Shown here piece by piece: positions 1 to 12,689 of a DNA stretch of 64,000 nt. The stretch is taken from contig NC_043000.1 in NCBI RefSeq assembly GCF_006345805.1, positions 128,588,001 through 128,652,000 of the forward strand, written 5' to 3'. Position 1 is the stretch's first letter; every line of letters starts with the position of its first letter. Source of the stretch: Octopus sinensis (Eukaryota). The position numbers were made by a program, and so were the translations under genes. The notes below the pieces were generated by a model, which saw only the letters and a list, made by a program, of their open reading frames with translations, did no database searches and was not told the origin of the DNA.

Positions 1-486
1 AGTTCTTGTGCTGTTTTAACTGTCGAAGTGCTTCGTCACTTGTAAATATTACTATTCGTTTTGATTCTTCTATCCAATATTTATAAGTGGGGTGACAGGA
101 TAGTTGGAATTAGCTTGCCTCCAACGTCTAATATTCTTATTAAGTTGTGCAAACGGAGGTATTTGCGACAATATACAGTCGTTTAAATTCTGAACTTCAC
201 CAGTGATAACTGAGCGAGGGGCATCAAGAAATGAAATAGACTTTAATTTAATATTTGAAACTATTATCCTTGCATTTACCCCTGCAAGAGTTGAAGCATG
301 ATTATGGATCCCAATCTTCTTAAGCTCTTTACAATTTTCATCTGTATGAAGTCTCGCCTTGCACACACGATTTTCGCACCTCCACTATATCTTCAATCCA
401 TCTGTATTCTGCTTATTTTTTGTGTATATATCTTGATCGACTATGATTTTGCCTTTCTCTGAAGTTATGATCTTCCAGGTAGTCAT
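1..486 (-). pseudogene. Mutator-like (MULE) transposase remnant with N-terminal FLYWCH domain; runs off the window start
   Basis: Frame from ATG at 486: MTTWKIITSEKGKIIVDQDIYTKNKQNTDGLKI*WRCENRVCKARLHTDENCKELKKIGIHNH (W-R-C...C...H-x-H FLYWCH pattern, one TAG). It continues into track ORF 70..366. Another frame near base 1 reads RIVIFTSDEALRQLKQHKN, typical just before the MULE DGTF motif. Confidence 0.8.
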
Positions 487-567
487 GTTGATGGGTAGGC
501 GTATTGAATAAATTTAATTCGATTTGCTTGAAAATCTTTGTTCGTAAACTGTTCAGCGCAGATACTT

Positions 568-569
568 AA

Positions 570-652
<83 letters not shown>
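568..652. repeat. (AG)n microsatellite
   Basis: Direct reading. Confidence 0.95.
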
Positions 653-653
<1 letters not shown>

Positions 654-769
654 GAAGGGGTGGTTAAAGAAAGGAAAAAAAATTATCTAAAAGTGTCCAA
701 CGACAATTTTAATTCTAAAGGGATTGTTCTAAACTTTCCCTCGAAAATCACATTTGATAGTATTTTGGG

Positions 770-873
770 ACGAATTGGCCAGCGACGAATTGACCTGGGG
801 ATGAATTGATCAACGACGAATTGACAGGAACAAATTAACCGACAACGAAATAACCGGAGACGAATTGTCGAGT
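770..873. repeat. Seven ~15-bp subterminal repeats (ACGAATTG core), probable terminal region of the MULE
   Basis: ACGAATTG-like motif at 770, 785, 801, 816, 830, 845 and 860, upstream of the transposase start. Confidence 0.65.
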
Positions 874-925
874 GTTGGATTTTGGAAGTATAAACATAAC
901 CGTTGACACAGGCGCACACAAAGAT

Positions 926-928
<3 letters not shown>

Positions 929-995
<67 letters not shown>

Positions 996-997
996 CA
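929..997. repeat. (CA)n microsatellite
   Basis: Direct reading; explains track ORFs 683..1124. Confidence 0.95.
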
Positions 998-2071
998 TAC
1001 GCATACACACATTCACATTCAGCACAATTTCCACTTACCAAATTTCGTTCTAAAGACATTGCCCAAACTGAACTATAGTAAAAGATACCGAAGGCACCAT
1101 GTCGTTGTGAAACGAACTTTTTAACTACACACACACTTTTATTTCTACTGGTATATTCTTTCATTATAGAATCTACAGTGCAGTGAAAAAGCTACTGTGC
1201 TTCATTCATTGGGTTCAACTCTAGCTATATGCGGTTTTCTCTGGTATAAAAATAAGTGTGTAGTATAGCATATTAAGATTTGTGCAAGCTCTATCCACAT
1301 TGCCGTCTTGTATTTGAATAATAATTATTGACAGATTTCGTTTGATATCGTACAATGGTTAAGATTGTTAACTTTTTGATGTGAATGTAAAAAAATATTG
1401 ATGATAATTCTGAAAGTACGAGTTACAAGTATATAAAAAGTATGAAGTTTTCACGGATATTCTTCTAATATTTCATCTTCAGTACTACCTATGTGGGTTT
1501 TACAGTATATCAGAATCAAATGCTGCAGAAGAAATACAATTTCAAAAGAAATTATGCATTTCATATTTCTTTATAAGCTTCCAAGATTCTCACAGTTTTC
1601 AAAGTACTGAAACGTCCACTAGTATAAATTATTCTAATTTGAATATATATATGTTACATACATGCTAGAGGTAGACCCCATATGATCTGACCACTAAGAA
1701 AAGATTGTACTCAAGAAAATTCAGCAAACGCCAGAACGTAAGCGAGTAAGACAAATGAAAAGATACAAAATATAAAGATTAATCACAAATCCGGTTTCAT
1801 TGTTACCGCTTACGTAATACTTACGTAAATGCCTGCAATCCATCAGTGTGATCGTCATAGCAAAATATAATTTGCAGTACTATACACAAGACGTCCGCAT
1901 GAGATTGAACATGCATATAGTTCTGCCAAGTACATTTGGGGTTATATTTCAAATGTCTTCGTTTTGGCGAGCCAAAATACCGGAAATAATTCTGCAGAAA
2001 ATAATTCTCTGCAGTGAATTTTGCCGGTTCGAGGACATGGTTATTTAAATTCAATTATTCAATTTTTCACT

Positions 2072-2143
<72 letters not shown>

Positions 2144-2225
2144 CACCCAAGTCTCTAATTACCAATTATCAATTCTATGGTTGGTGAATTGTATATGCAT
2201 TGAAAAATTTGTTTGGTGAATAGTA

Positions 2226-3300
2226 TACAAAGGGATACCCAAAATAAACCAGAATTTTGCAATATTATTTCATCCACTTAGTTTTACCGCCTTCAAAGTA
2301 TTTTCCATTTGAAGTAATGTATCAGTTCAGACGCGTTTTCCACTCTTCGAAGTTGTCCTGGAACTCTTGCGAAGTGATGCTTTTGACGCCTCCATCGTTT
2401 TTTTTTCACTTCTTCCACATCTTCAAAATGTTTTCCTTTAAGGACATTTTTCATTCAAGGAAACAAAAGAAAAAAAAGTCGCAGGGATAAAGATCGGGTG
2501 AATAGGGAAGGTGGGTAGCGGAGTCATACCATTTTGGGGAAAAAAATTGTCTTACACTCAAGGCAGTGTGTGCAAGTGCATTATCGTGATGAAACCACCA
2601 CTTTCTACTATGCCACAGATCGAGGCGTTTTTGTCTCACCGCATCTCCCAAATGCTTTAGAACTGCCAAATAATATGTCTGGTTAACAATTTGACCAGGC
2701 GGAAGGAATTCTGTGTGAACAATTCCTTTCACATCGATGAAACAAATCAGCATCATCTTGACATTGGACATCACTTGACGCACTGTTTTGGGAAGTAGTT
2801 ACATTGAATGCTTCCATTGATTTGATTGCTGCTTCGTTTCCGGGTTGTAGCAGTAACGCCAACTTTTGTCACTAGTGATGACTTTCGAAAACAGGTCCGG
2901 ATCAACTTCCAACTGTTCTTTCAGTTCACGACACGCATTTAATCGTGACTGCTTTTGATCTTCCGTGACCAAGTGAGACACAAATTTTGCTGCAACTCTT
3001 TTCATTCGCAATTCCTCGTTCAAAATACGTTGGCAGGAGCTCCAGGACACACCAATCATATCAAGTTCGGCCGCCGTTTTCCCCAGCAGAATCAGAATTT
3101 CACGGAAGCACGCTGTTCCTTCGTTTCAGCCATCGCAAAGATCAACGAACAGGAGAGAAATTGCAAAACAAAGACGCAGCTTGTGGCAGTACTACTACAG
3201 TTAATATTGCCTCTTTTGGAGCAAATTTGGCTTACAGCTGTTTCCAGTAATCATTATAACCAAGCCAAATTTGGTCCAATAAAGGAATGATATGTAATGA
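2226..3300 (-). mobile_element. Tc1/mariner DD34D element, decayed and internally deleted (transposase remnant 2265..3133)
   Basis: Start MAETKEQRASVKF; motifs ITSDKSW, HHDNA...YSPDLYPCDFF with 34 residues between D2 and D3; C-terminus YFEGGKTKWMK*. TA-flanked TIR-like end at 2226; the other TIR was not recognised. Confidence 0.92.
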
Positions 3301-3527
3301 CCATTATTTTAAATTTGTTTCTTATATATTACTCTGCGTAAAAACCAGTTTGTCTGAAGCCTATCCACGGATTTCTAATATAGAATTGTGATGAACTAGA
3401 ACCTTGAACCCGACCAGAAGATTACTTTGGGTTCTTCACTAATCTACGTAATTTTGTTAATCTGGTATGCCAACAAAGAGCTTATGAAGTATTTTGCCCT
3501 GATTGATAATCCCTCTCTATTTGTTCC

Positions 3528-3561
<34 letters not shown>

Positions 3562-3959
3562 TGCGACTCTACTCTATACTGTTTTCTCCTCTATCCTTCT
3601 CGAATTCCCTTTTTCTCTCCTTCACCGTTTTCTATCTGTCCACCAGTCTGGCTCTCTCCTTCTTTCTATTTTCCCTTTCTCGTTGCTCATATGTGACCAT
3701 CGTCCATCTTTCTTTTCCTCATGTGATCATCTTTCTGTTCATGCACAACGTTCTAAGGACTGGGCGTTTTCTTTCTCTCTCTTCTATCTTTTCTCTTTTC
3801 AAAGAAAATATTCCTCCCAGCTTTCACTATTTTCCTCTCGCTCTGATCCAACGACGATGGTCTAACGACTCTCCATGTTGCTTTCTTTGTATGTCTCCAC
3901 TGTCCTGTTTCGTTTCCAACTTTGACCTTCCACAAATCCAAAATTTTATTTTGGAATTT

Positions 3960-4089
3960 ATGGGAGCGACTGTCTTCGAAGACTCATATTGTCATTGAAT
4001 GCTCGAAATAAGGAGTAGATAGACAGGCGACAACTGATGAAGATTCGCTCTTTATGTTACTTGTCCTATTTTCATTTTCTCTCTTTGAT

Positions 4090-4095
<6 letters not shown>
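3960..4095 (+). mobile_element. Possible degenerate Penelope-like pseudo-LTR fragment
   Basis: CTTCGAAGA...GCTCGAAA and CAACTGATGAAG motifs followed by a pyrimidine-rich end and (TA)n. Resemblance only. Confidence 0.35.
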
Positions 4096-4157
<62 letters not shown>

Positions 4158-4315
4158 AGCAAGTTATAAGTTAGAGGTTATGCAACCATCTGAAGGATAG
4201 ATGTACCCGTACGCACTCCTGGTGTGTTACCTTACAATGTATAGTCCGCGTTATAAGGTATGCGGTAATAGGGAATTTAAAGGTAAAACCGTGGTTTAAT
4301 ATATATATATAGAAC

Positions 4316-4412
4316 ATAAGAAATGGAGCAATAATTAACAATGAGAAGTGGATCATCACTTTTAAGTACCAACAGCCGACTTCTCACTGTTAATTATTGC
4401 TCCATTTCTTAT
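4316..4412. repeat. Inverted repeat, 34-bp arms (33/34), 29-nt loop
   Basis: ATAAGAAATGGAGCAATAATTAACAATGAGAAGT at 4316-4349 versus its reverse complement at 4379-4412. Confidence 0.9.
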
Positions 4413-4455
4413 CTTCTCTCTCTCTATATATATATTTCATATATATCTACATATA

Positions 4456-4509
<54 letters not shown>

Positions 4510-4621
4510 GGTAGATGAGTTCAGCCAAAATTTAGATTCAGATGAATCTGGGACTTAAGTTGAGGCACCAGAATTTAGTACGGTATTATCCATACAATTT
4601 CAAAATAAGGTGATGAAAATG

Positions 4622-4793
4622 AAAATAAGCAACAAGGATATCTAGAAGTAATTCAGTACCATCGTTCCATGCAACTCCATTTAATTGAACAATGCAATCA
4701 TTACATCAATTTATTAATTGCATTGTTCAATTAAATGGAGTTGCATGAAAAGATCGTACAGCATTACCACTGGATATCCTTGTTGCTTATTTT
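4622..4793. repeat. Fold-back, ~77-bp arms, 18-nt loop
   Basis: AAAATAAGCAACAAGGATATC pairs with GATATCCTTGTTGCTTATTTT; inner CATGCAACTCCATTTAATTGAACAATGCAAT pairs perfectly with 4717 onward. Confidence 0.9.
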
Positions 4794-5014
4794 GATTATA
4801 TACATACATACATACTTAGACACACACACACATATATATGTATATAAATACATGTATATATATTTCACATATATATATGTTTCATGTTTATATACACATA
4901 TATTTCATATTTATATATATATTTCATATATATATAGACATATGTATATTTCATATACATATATTTCGCGTATATATATATATATATACAAATGTCACAC
5001 ACACACACACACAC

Positions 5015-5091
<77 letters not shown>

Positions 5092-5116
5092 ATATATTTC
5101 ATATATATACAAATAA

Positions 5117-5160
<44 letters not shown>

Positions 5161-5165
<5 letters not shown>

Positions 5166-5518
5166 ATTATATCTGACATGGAAGGTATCAACGATGAAGT
5201 CTACAACAAAACTCACGTTGACATTATTGACAGAATTGCTACACTGGGTGAAAATTAAGTGTCCACATGTGGCCTGCCACAAACTTTCAGATCAGGTTCA
5301 AATAGGCTTCCCACTGCTGTCATTCGTGAAACATCCTATGGCACTCAAGCGCTTTCAAAGTACATTGTTGGAAACGAGTAAAAATTACTTCCGGACTAGC
5401 TACGGGCTTACAGAAATATTCTTAACAGTAAACGCCAACGCAAGGGAGGAATTATCTTCGTTGATGCTCCTGGGGGGACAGGAAAAACAGTTATTACGAA
5501 GCTTCTCCTCAGGCCGTC
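5161..5518 (+). pseudogene. Helitron RepHel (PIF1-like helicase) fragment
   Basis: One frame with three stops: EVYNKTHVDIIDRIATLGEN*VSTCGLP...VIRETSYGTQALSKYIVGNE*KLLPD*LRAYRNILNSKRQRKGGIIFVDAPGGTGKTVITKLLL. Contains the Helitron Walker A motif DAPGGTGKT. Confidence 0.85.
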
Positions 5519-5812
5519 CAAATCTTTGTGAGTGGATTTGGTAGACAGAAATTGAAAGAAGCACGTCGTATATATATATTTATGTGTGCGTCTTTGAGTC
5601 TGTGTTTGTCCTCTCCCCCATCGCTTTTCAACCGATATTGGTGTGTTTACGTCTCCGTAAATTAGCGGTTCGGCAAAAGAGACCGATAGAATAAGTACTA
5701 GGCTTAGAAAGAGTAAGTACTGGGTCGATTTTTTTTCGGACATGACCCTTTAAGGTGGTTCACCAGCATAGCTGCAGTCAAATGACTGAAACAGTTAAAA
5801 GAATAAAAGAAT
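5519..5812 (+). mobile_element. SINE family A, 5'-truncated copy
   Basis: Matches the internal and 3' parts of the copies at 32670..33068 and 47138..47530. Confidence 0.85.
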
Positions 5813-5823
5813 ATATGTATGTA

Positions 5824-6369
5824 CAGTAATGTCTTGATATACGAGTTAATTTGTTTCCGGAGACCGCTCGTAAAACGAAAACTCGTAAAACAGAGCAATA
5901 ATTTCCCATAGAATCAATGTTATAAATCGTAATTTGCTCTCAGAAAAATATTTTACCAATAAAAATTATACTACTCGTAAATAAATTGCAATAAAAACTA
6001 CAGTAGAATGTAAAAAATATTTTATGTAAAGTAAAATGAATGTTAAGATAAATTACAATAAAAATTATTATTATAATCGCTTTCTGAATCACTTTCACTC
6101 GCACTGGACTCGCACAACGTGTCGTTGCGATTGCCGATTCACAAGCACTCGTTAACGGAATTGTAGATTTGTTTTTAAAAACAAGTGTAAAGCTGTTTGC
6201 TTAGATGCTTTCTTTCGCTCTCTATAAATTTCTCGGTAACACGCAGAAGCATTTGTTATAGTAGTAGAAACTTTTGCACTTCGTTCAGAATTGGATCTCG
6301 TGCTTGAAAAATAAAATTCGTAAACCCTGAGTCTCGTAAAGTGGGTCCTCGTAAAGTGAGGTATTACTG
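5824..6369. mobile_element. Tigger/pogo-like MITE
   Basis: Imperfect TIRs CAGTAATGTCTTGATATACGAG / CAGTAATACCTCACTTTACGAG; TA at the left flank; CTCGTAAA subterminal repeats at both ends; no ORF. Confidence 0.7.
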
Positions 6370-6706
6370 TGTGTGTGTGGGTGTGGGTGTGTGGCTGTGT
6401 GTGTGTATATATATATATATGTAGAAGGTTGAAAAGGAACACACGAATTGGCATATATGGAAAAAAATCAAAGTAGAAAATGCTAAAATAATTTTATAAA
6501 AAAACATTTCAGTATCGGTTTCAGTCATTCAGACTTTTTCAACTGTAAGTATGGAAAACAATTAAATTTTGGAAAAATTAAATGAAAAGTTTTTTAAAAG
6601 AATATTTGCATTGTGTTCAAATACAAGGGGCATTTTTCTTGTTTCTGCCTGTTTCTGTGTCTCTTGTGGGTTCGAGGTCGTTGTGAATTCTTGGTATGGA
6701 AGAGGA

Positions 6707-6754
6707 AGAAGAAGAAGAAGAAGAAGAAGAAGAAGAAGAAGAAGAAGAAGAAGA
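6707..6754. repeat. (GAA)n microsatellite
   Basis: Direct reading. Confidence 0.95.
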
Positions 6755-7054
6755 ATGCGGGAGTGCCATGATAGTAGTATGTTAAATGGTCGTGTGCCCT
6801 GAAAGTGACCTGTTCTGGATGGTAGTAGTGATTGAATTCCTGAGACATCTCTTTTGAATGTTTTGTTTATAAAATTTGCGTAGATGTTATTCTAAAGAGC
6901 ATTAATGGTAAAGTTAGGACAGGGGTGGTGGAGAGGAAGAAGACGAAGAAGAACAACTATATATATGTATGGGTTAAAGTAAGGAAGAAAGGCAAACAAT
7001 TAGTCAAAGCTGGACAAGGACATTTAATTTCATTTAATTCAGTCTAAAAATTTT

Positions 7055-7682
7055 GCTGCATAACGAATGGTAAAAATAGCATAAACTGGTAAAGATAGTC
7101 TCTGACGGCTGTTTGTGAGATACCCTAGGTATTGGAACATTATATCGAGCGAAGACTCTATAAACCGAATGTCCGTCATCGGAGAAATATTTGTTGTGGT
7201 TCATTATGTCCTGGAGAGTAGGAGGGCCCAATTAAATCCAGTTGGATCGGGTCTTTAGGTAAATTCAAGATCAAAAAGAGTGGTTAAGTAGAACATCAAG
7301 GTGAGAAGAGGGAAAGAATTGTTAATAACAATTTTTTCCCTCTTCTCACCTTGATGTACCACTTAACCACGCTCTGTGTATATGTATTATCTCTCACATG
7401 TTGCTTTCATTTTATTTAAAACTTCTTATGTTTACTTTCATTTTATGATAAACAGCTATCACACACAAAATCGTATTTTCGGGTAAAAATCATAAATCAT
7501 TAAGCCTCTGTGCCATTCTTCCGAAATTTTTCTGGAATAAATGAATCCTCAAATCGGATTCACTGTCAAAATGTATACCAATATACCCAATTTTTAAATT
7601 TCCACTTAATTTTAAAATTTAAAAATTTGTGTCAGAGACTATCTTTACCAGTTTATGCTATTTTTACTATTTGTTATGCAGC
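7055..7682. repeat. Nested inverted repeats: outer 52-bp arms (7055-7106 / 7631-7682) and inner near-perfect palindrome (7280-7370)
   Basis: Outer arms match 50/52; inner arms match 42/45 with a 1-nt centre. Confidence 0.9.
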
Positions 7683-8299
7683 TAAATCTGAAGATTATTT
7701 TCCAACTATAAACAAAAACAAACTGCAGATTCGGTCTGTCCGTATTTTAAAACTCTGAACATAAATTCGAAAGAGAGCCAAAATTTTAAGATTTATGCAG
7801 TGAAAGAAACATGAATGAAAAAAAAAAAAATTAATGAAAAAACTCACTCTTGTTTTGAAATTAGCTTTCATTTTCTGTGATTATAATGGTGATTGCCAAT
7901 TTCCAAAATTGTCTTTTTTTAACCTTCAAGGTTTCTCCCACCGTTTTTAAGCGCGTAGTGAAAGAAAGAAAGAATGAAAGAAAGAAAGAAAGAAATGGCC
8001 CAAATCGGAACTGAGTGGAGGAAGGGAGTTTGAGAAATTCATAAATTTTCAAACTTTTTTTTTTTTTACCGAAAATTCGCCTCTCTTGTTTTTAAGCGCA
8101 TAGTGTATAAAAAGAAAAAGAAGAAAAAAAACAGAAAATCGGTCAGAAGTGGAGTGGGAATTCATAAATTTTCAAATTTTTTTTTCTTCATAAAACGCTT
8201 AACCCCATAATTTGCAAGGGTGTGGTGCAAAAAATAAAATTGAAAAACCCCTTCAAAACGGAGAAAATTCAACTTATGAGGGCGTGCTACTCCGAATGT

Positions 8300-9130
8300 C
8301 CGCCAAGGCATTCTATTGAGAAAATTACTCGGCGACAATGGGATACTCAGCTAGTATATATATATGAAAGAGCACGACTAAACAGATCTTCAGTCTGCAC
8401 CAATACCGGTAAGAGCTATACCATATCGTCATCGAACTGAAGAAGGATTTTAGTGCGATACTGTACAGGCGGCAATGAAAATGGGCCAGAAGTTGACTCA
8501 TTTTATTAAACAACTTTACGCCAAAGCAACCAGCATACACACTCGTACAAGGTACTATCGAAGCGTAGTTCCGACCTTCCTCTCTCCATCTTTCTTCAAA
8601 ATTTTCCTGGAACGGATAATAAGACATATGTGGATACAATCACCATCAGACGTAGGATAAGCAAAAATTTAAGATTTGTTGCTGACATGGATTGGTAGAA
8701 AGAACAGACAGCATGATTGTCAACTACCTTGATAGAGGTTCCATCAAGTGTGAGATGGAAATTGGTGTCAGAAGAATAAAACTCATGAGAGATGTCAACG
8801 ATGCCGTTTTAACACATCTGTACAACAAAAACTAGAGATTAGTTCATAAATTCAGATATCTGGGAGCAATTATTAATGATAAGGGATAAGACCTGAAATC
8901 AGAGCATGAACCGCATAGACTATGACTGCCCTAACCAGACTCAAGTCAAAATGGAGAAATAGATACATCATTATAATCAACAAAATAAGACTCCTGCTAG
9001 CATTGACATTATCTATTTTCTTCTTATCATGTAAAGCATCGACTTTCACGGGTGAGATTCAGAAGATACAGACACTGGAAATGAGGTGCTACTGCATTTT
9101 TGGACCACATTATCAATGAATATGCTCGCT
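8300..9130 (+). pseudogene. RTE-clade LINE reverse transcriptase fragment, heavily decayed
   Basis: Fragments MGQKLTHFIKQLYAKATS, LSPSFFKIFLERII, NLRFVADMD (LRFADD-like), HKFRYLGAIIND, ALTRLKSKWRNR...KIRLL...IQTLEMRCY. Confidence 0.75.
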
Positions 9131-10670
9131 AGCTGTGACACAAGTTAATTTGGGATTCCCAAACGACAATGTAACTTTCATATAATTAAGGTATCTTTGG
9201 CCTGGTGAGTAGCTAGCTGAGTACCCCACGTTGATTAATTATTACATCTGAGGATCTGCTAGCTTGGAAACATATGTAGCTTTTACCTGTTCCATACCTT
9301 CAATTTGTATATATATATATATATATATATATCTTACATCATTTTTGTGTGAATTGGCCGGCTTTGTGAAAAAATGTACGAACACGAGCTTCCACAGCTG
9401 GAATTAAAGATGGTCGAATCTAGTAAAATTTCAGATCTTTTCTAAATAATATAATGAGGTATTTCGAAAAGGTCAATGTTGTTGTTATTATCGTTCATTT
9501 TAAACGTTGGCATTTCATCATTGTCTTCATCTGTGTGGTTTTTCTTTTAAAAACGATTGAATTTGTGGCAGGTATTTTTTCCGCCATATTTAGAAGATCG
9601 ATTGACCATGTAGATAATCTGCTATTGGCCCACAGTAGATATGTAAGGTTTATATAGTTGTCAGTTTTATTAGATAATTGTAAAGAAGCTTCCACACTAT
9701 CATTTTACTTAATTAGAAATAACAGCCAGATTTCTCAAATCATACCCAAGCAGAGTGATGAACTTTTTAGCCCGGTGTATCGAAATTTCAATTTCTTTAA
9801 TATTAACTTTATTGAACGGGCACTTACGCGCATATATATATATATATATAGTAGAATTAGAAATAGAAAATCCTTGGTACAGTAGTATATATTTCAAAAA
9901 CGGAGATGACTTTTTTGATAATTTTTCTACTTTATTAATTAGCTGCTTAATCATTTATAAACTATTAAAGTAGAAAAATTATCAGAAAACCCATTTCTAT
10001 TCTGCTTTTTTTTTTCAAACATACGTATATATAAGCTTAGATAAATGCTTATAGATAAGCTTTTTATAACATTAGATATTTGCTCAAAATCCTCCTGTGT
10101 CACTACTGCTGGTATGTCGCAGGCTCACCACCATTACCACAACATCTTGTGAAAAGAGAAAAAAAATAGAAGGACGTATTCTGTATTATGATCCAAGACA
10201 AACTATACCTGAAACAATGAGATGGTCACGGTTAGAATTTCATTTGGTGGATTTCCCTAATGAGAACAACAATAATTAGCATGACAACAACGAAATATAT
10301 TTTATCATCTAGAAGAATCATTAAACGGCCATACGAATTCTTCCGCCCTTACATAACTGACGTAAAGTATCATGACGCCATAAAAAAGTTATTTTTATTA
10401 CCAAATAGGGTGACAGAATGACAGTGAACAATATGGAGAGATCAATGAATATTAATTTACTTTTTCAAGTAGTCATCTCCCACACATTATCCTTCAGACA
10501 TTAAAATACAATAAATAAAATTGGGAAAAACTAGAATCGGCAGTACTAATTAAATCAGACTGATTTGTGCGTATTATACAGTGTGTGTGTGTGTGTGTGT
10601 ATGTGCGTGCGTGTATGTGTGTGTGAACATGTAAGTATATATTATTAACACATCCATGAATGCATATATG

Positions 10671-10713
<43 letters not shown>

Positions 10714-10744
10714 ATGTATGTATGTATGTATGTATAAGTATATG

Positions 10745-10895
10745 GCCGAATGTTTAAGTATTTCGCTTCGCAACTATAAGGAACCAGGTTCAATCCCACT
10801 GAATGGCATCTTCAGTAAATATATTTTCGATAAACCTCAGGACCTCTTACTCCTTGTGAGTAAAATTTGGTGGACAGAAACTGTATAAAAACCAG
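10745..10895 (+). mobile_element. SINE family A, degenerate 5' half
   Basis: GGTTCAATCCCACTG...CCTTGTGAGTAAAATTTGGTGGACAGAAACTG aligns to the family A head. Confidence 0.55.
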
Positions 10896-11551
10896 TTGGA
10901 TAAGTTTTACCAGTAATTCAAAAGAACAGCTCTGTCGTACATAGTATCCCGTCGATTTAGTCAGAAGAATTTCGCTTATGGATTATGTACGTATGGAATA
11001 CACGCTAACACTAGGACCAGGTAATTCAGCTGAATTAATAGCTGAAGCTATAATACACTTCGGCAGATCCTTTTAAGCCCAACCACCCATTCGCGTATGT
11101 GTGTGTGTGTGTGTGTGTGCATGTCTGTATGTGTGTGTGTGGGGGGGGCTAGTGGTGGTGGTGGTGGTGGTGGTGGTGGTGATGGTGTGTGTGTGTGTAT
11201 GATATATTTACATATATACATATTTACATAGTTATAATTTCAATAGTGATTGTCTTGTCTCTCTTCTATCACTTGTTCCTTTTAGCTATTTGTGTAGGCG
11301 TTTCACACACTTGGCTATTCGTTTTACTTCTTTGAAAACAGATGAAATCTGCTGTCATAGGAATGGAGTTTATTATGTTCATACATGTCTGTGTGTCTGC
11401 TCTATTGTGACCATGGTTCCTTTTTATTTAAATAAACGTGAAGGTTAATGTAAGTTACGAATCATAATAGATTTAATGTGTTTAAAAACCAGTTTCGCAC
11501 AGTTAGTATTCTAAGAAAGTTATAAATGCACCGGTATGAGTGTGTGCGTGC

Positions 11552-11636
<85 letters not shown>

Positions 11637-11731
11637 CACACAAACACACAAAAAGTACATACATATAAATATGAATAAAGATAGGTGTGTGTATATACAT
11701 ATATTATATATATGCGTGTGAGTGTGTGTGC

Positions 11732-11784
<53 letters not shown>

Positions 11785-12545
11785 AGAAAGAAAGAAAGAG
11801 AGAGAAAAAGAGATAAATAGGTAAATAGATTGATATACACTCATACAATATACATATATACACACATATATACACATATAAAACGACTTTTGATTACAGT
11901 GTATCAAAAATACACCTCTCAATACAAATTGTAGACTTACAACACACACACACACACACACACACACACTGACACACACACACACACACACTGACACACA
12001 CACACACACACATACACACTGACACATATATAATAATTTCTATTGAACTTGAACATTTTGTGCAACAGTTGTGTGCTAGTAGTGTATAAATAAAATACTA
12101 CCTCTGTATTTTGAATGTATTGAGTGCTTTCTTGTCTGATTGATATTATAGTTTTAGTATTTAGATTAAGATAATCATCTCTCTTTACCTCTCTTTCTAC
12201 ATAAACATACGCACACACACATGTATCTATGTATACTATATCTTGTGTGTACAAATAGATGTACGACTGCTACTCTTAAGTTTAGAGTTCCACGTAGATT
12301 ATCTTTGTCCATTTTGCTTCCAGTATAATGGCTAAGCAACTACTATAATCAATAGTATTACTAGTTGCAAAATACAAAGTAAATGTAGGAGAAATTACAA
12401 TGAGCACAAATTTATGTTATTAGGTCCTGCGTACGTTTCACCATTATGGTCGCTTGGAACTTTGCATTGTTCCAAGTGCATTTGAGTGCTTAATCAGAGT
12501 GAATCATCAGGGAACACTCTATAGCATTAAGTTACAGGAAACTAA

Positions 12546-12689
<144 letters not shown>

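Noticed and set aside
1168-2070. Possible DNA-transposon coding remnant
   Set aside because: Trial translations gave no convincing transposase motif or paired TIRs.
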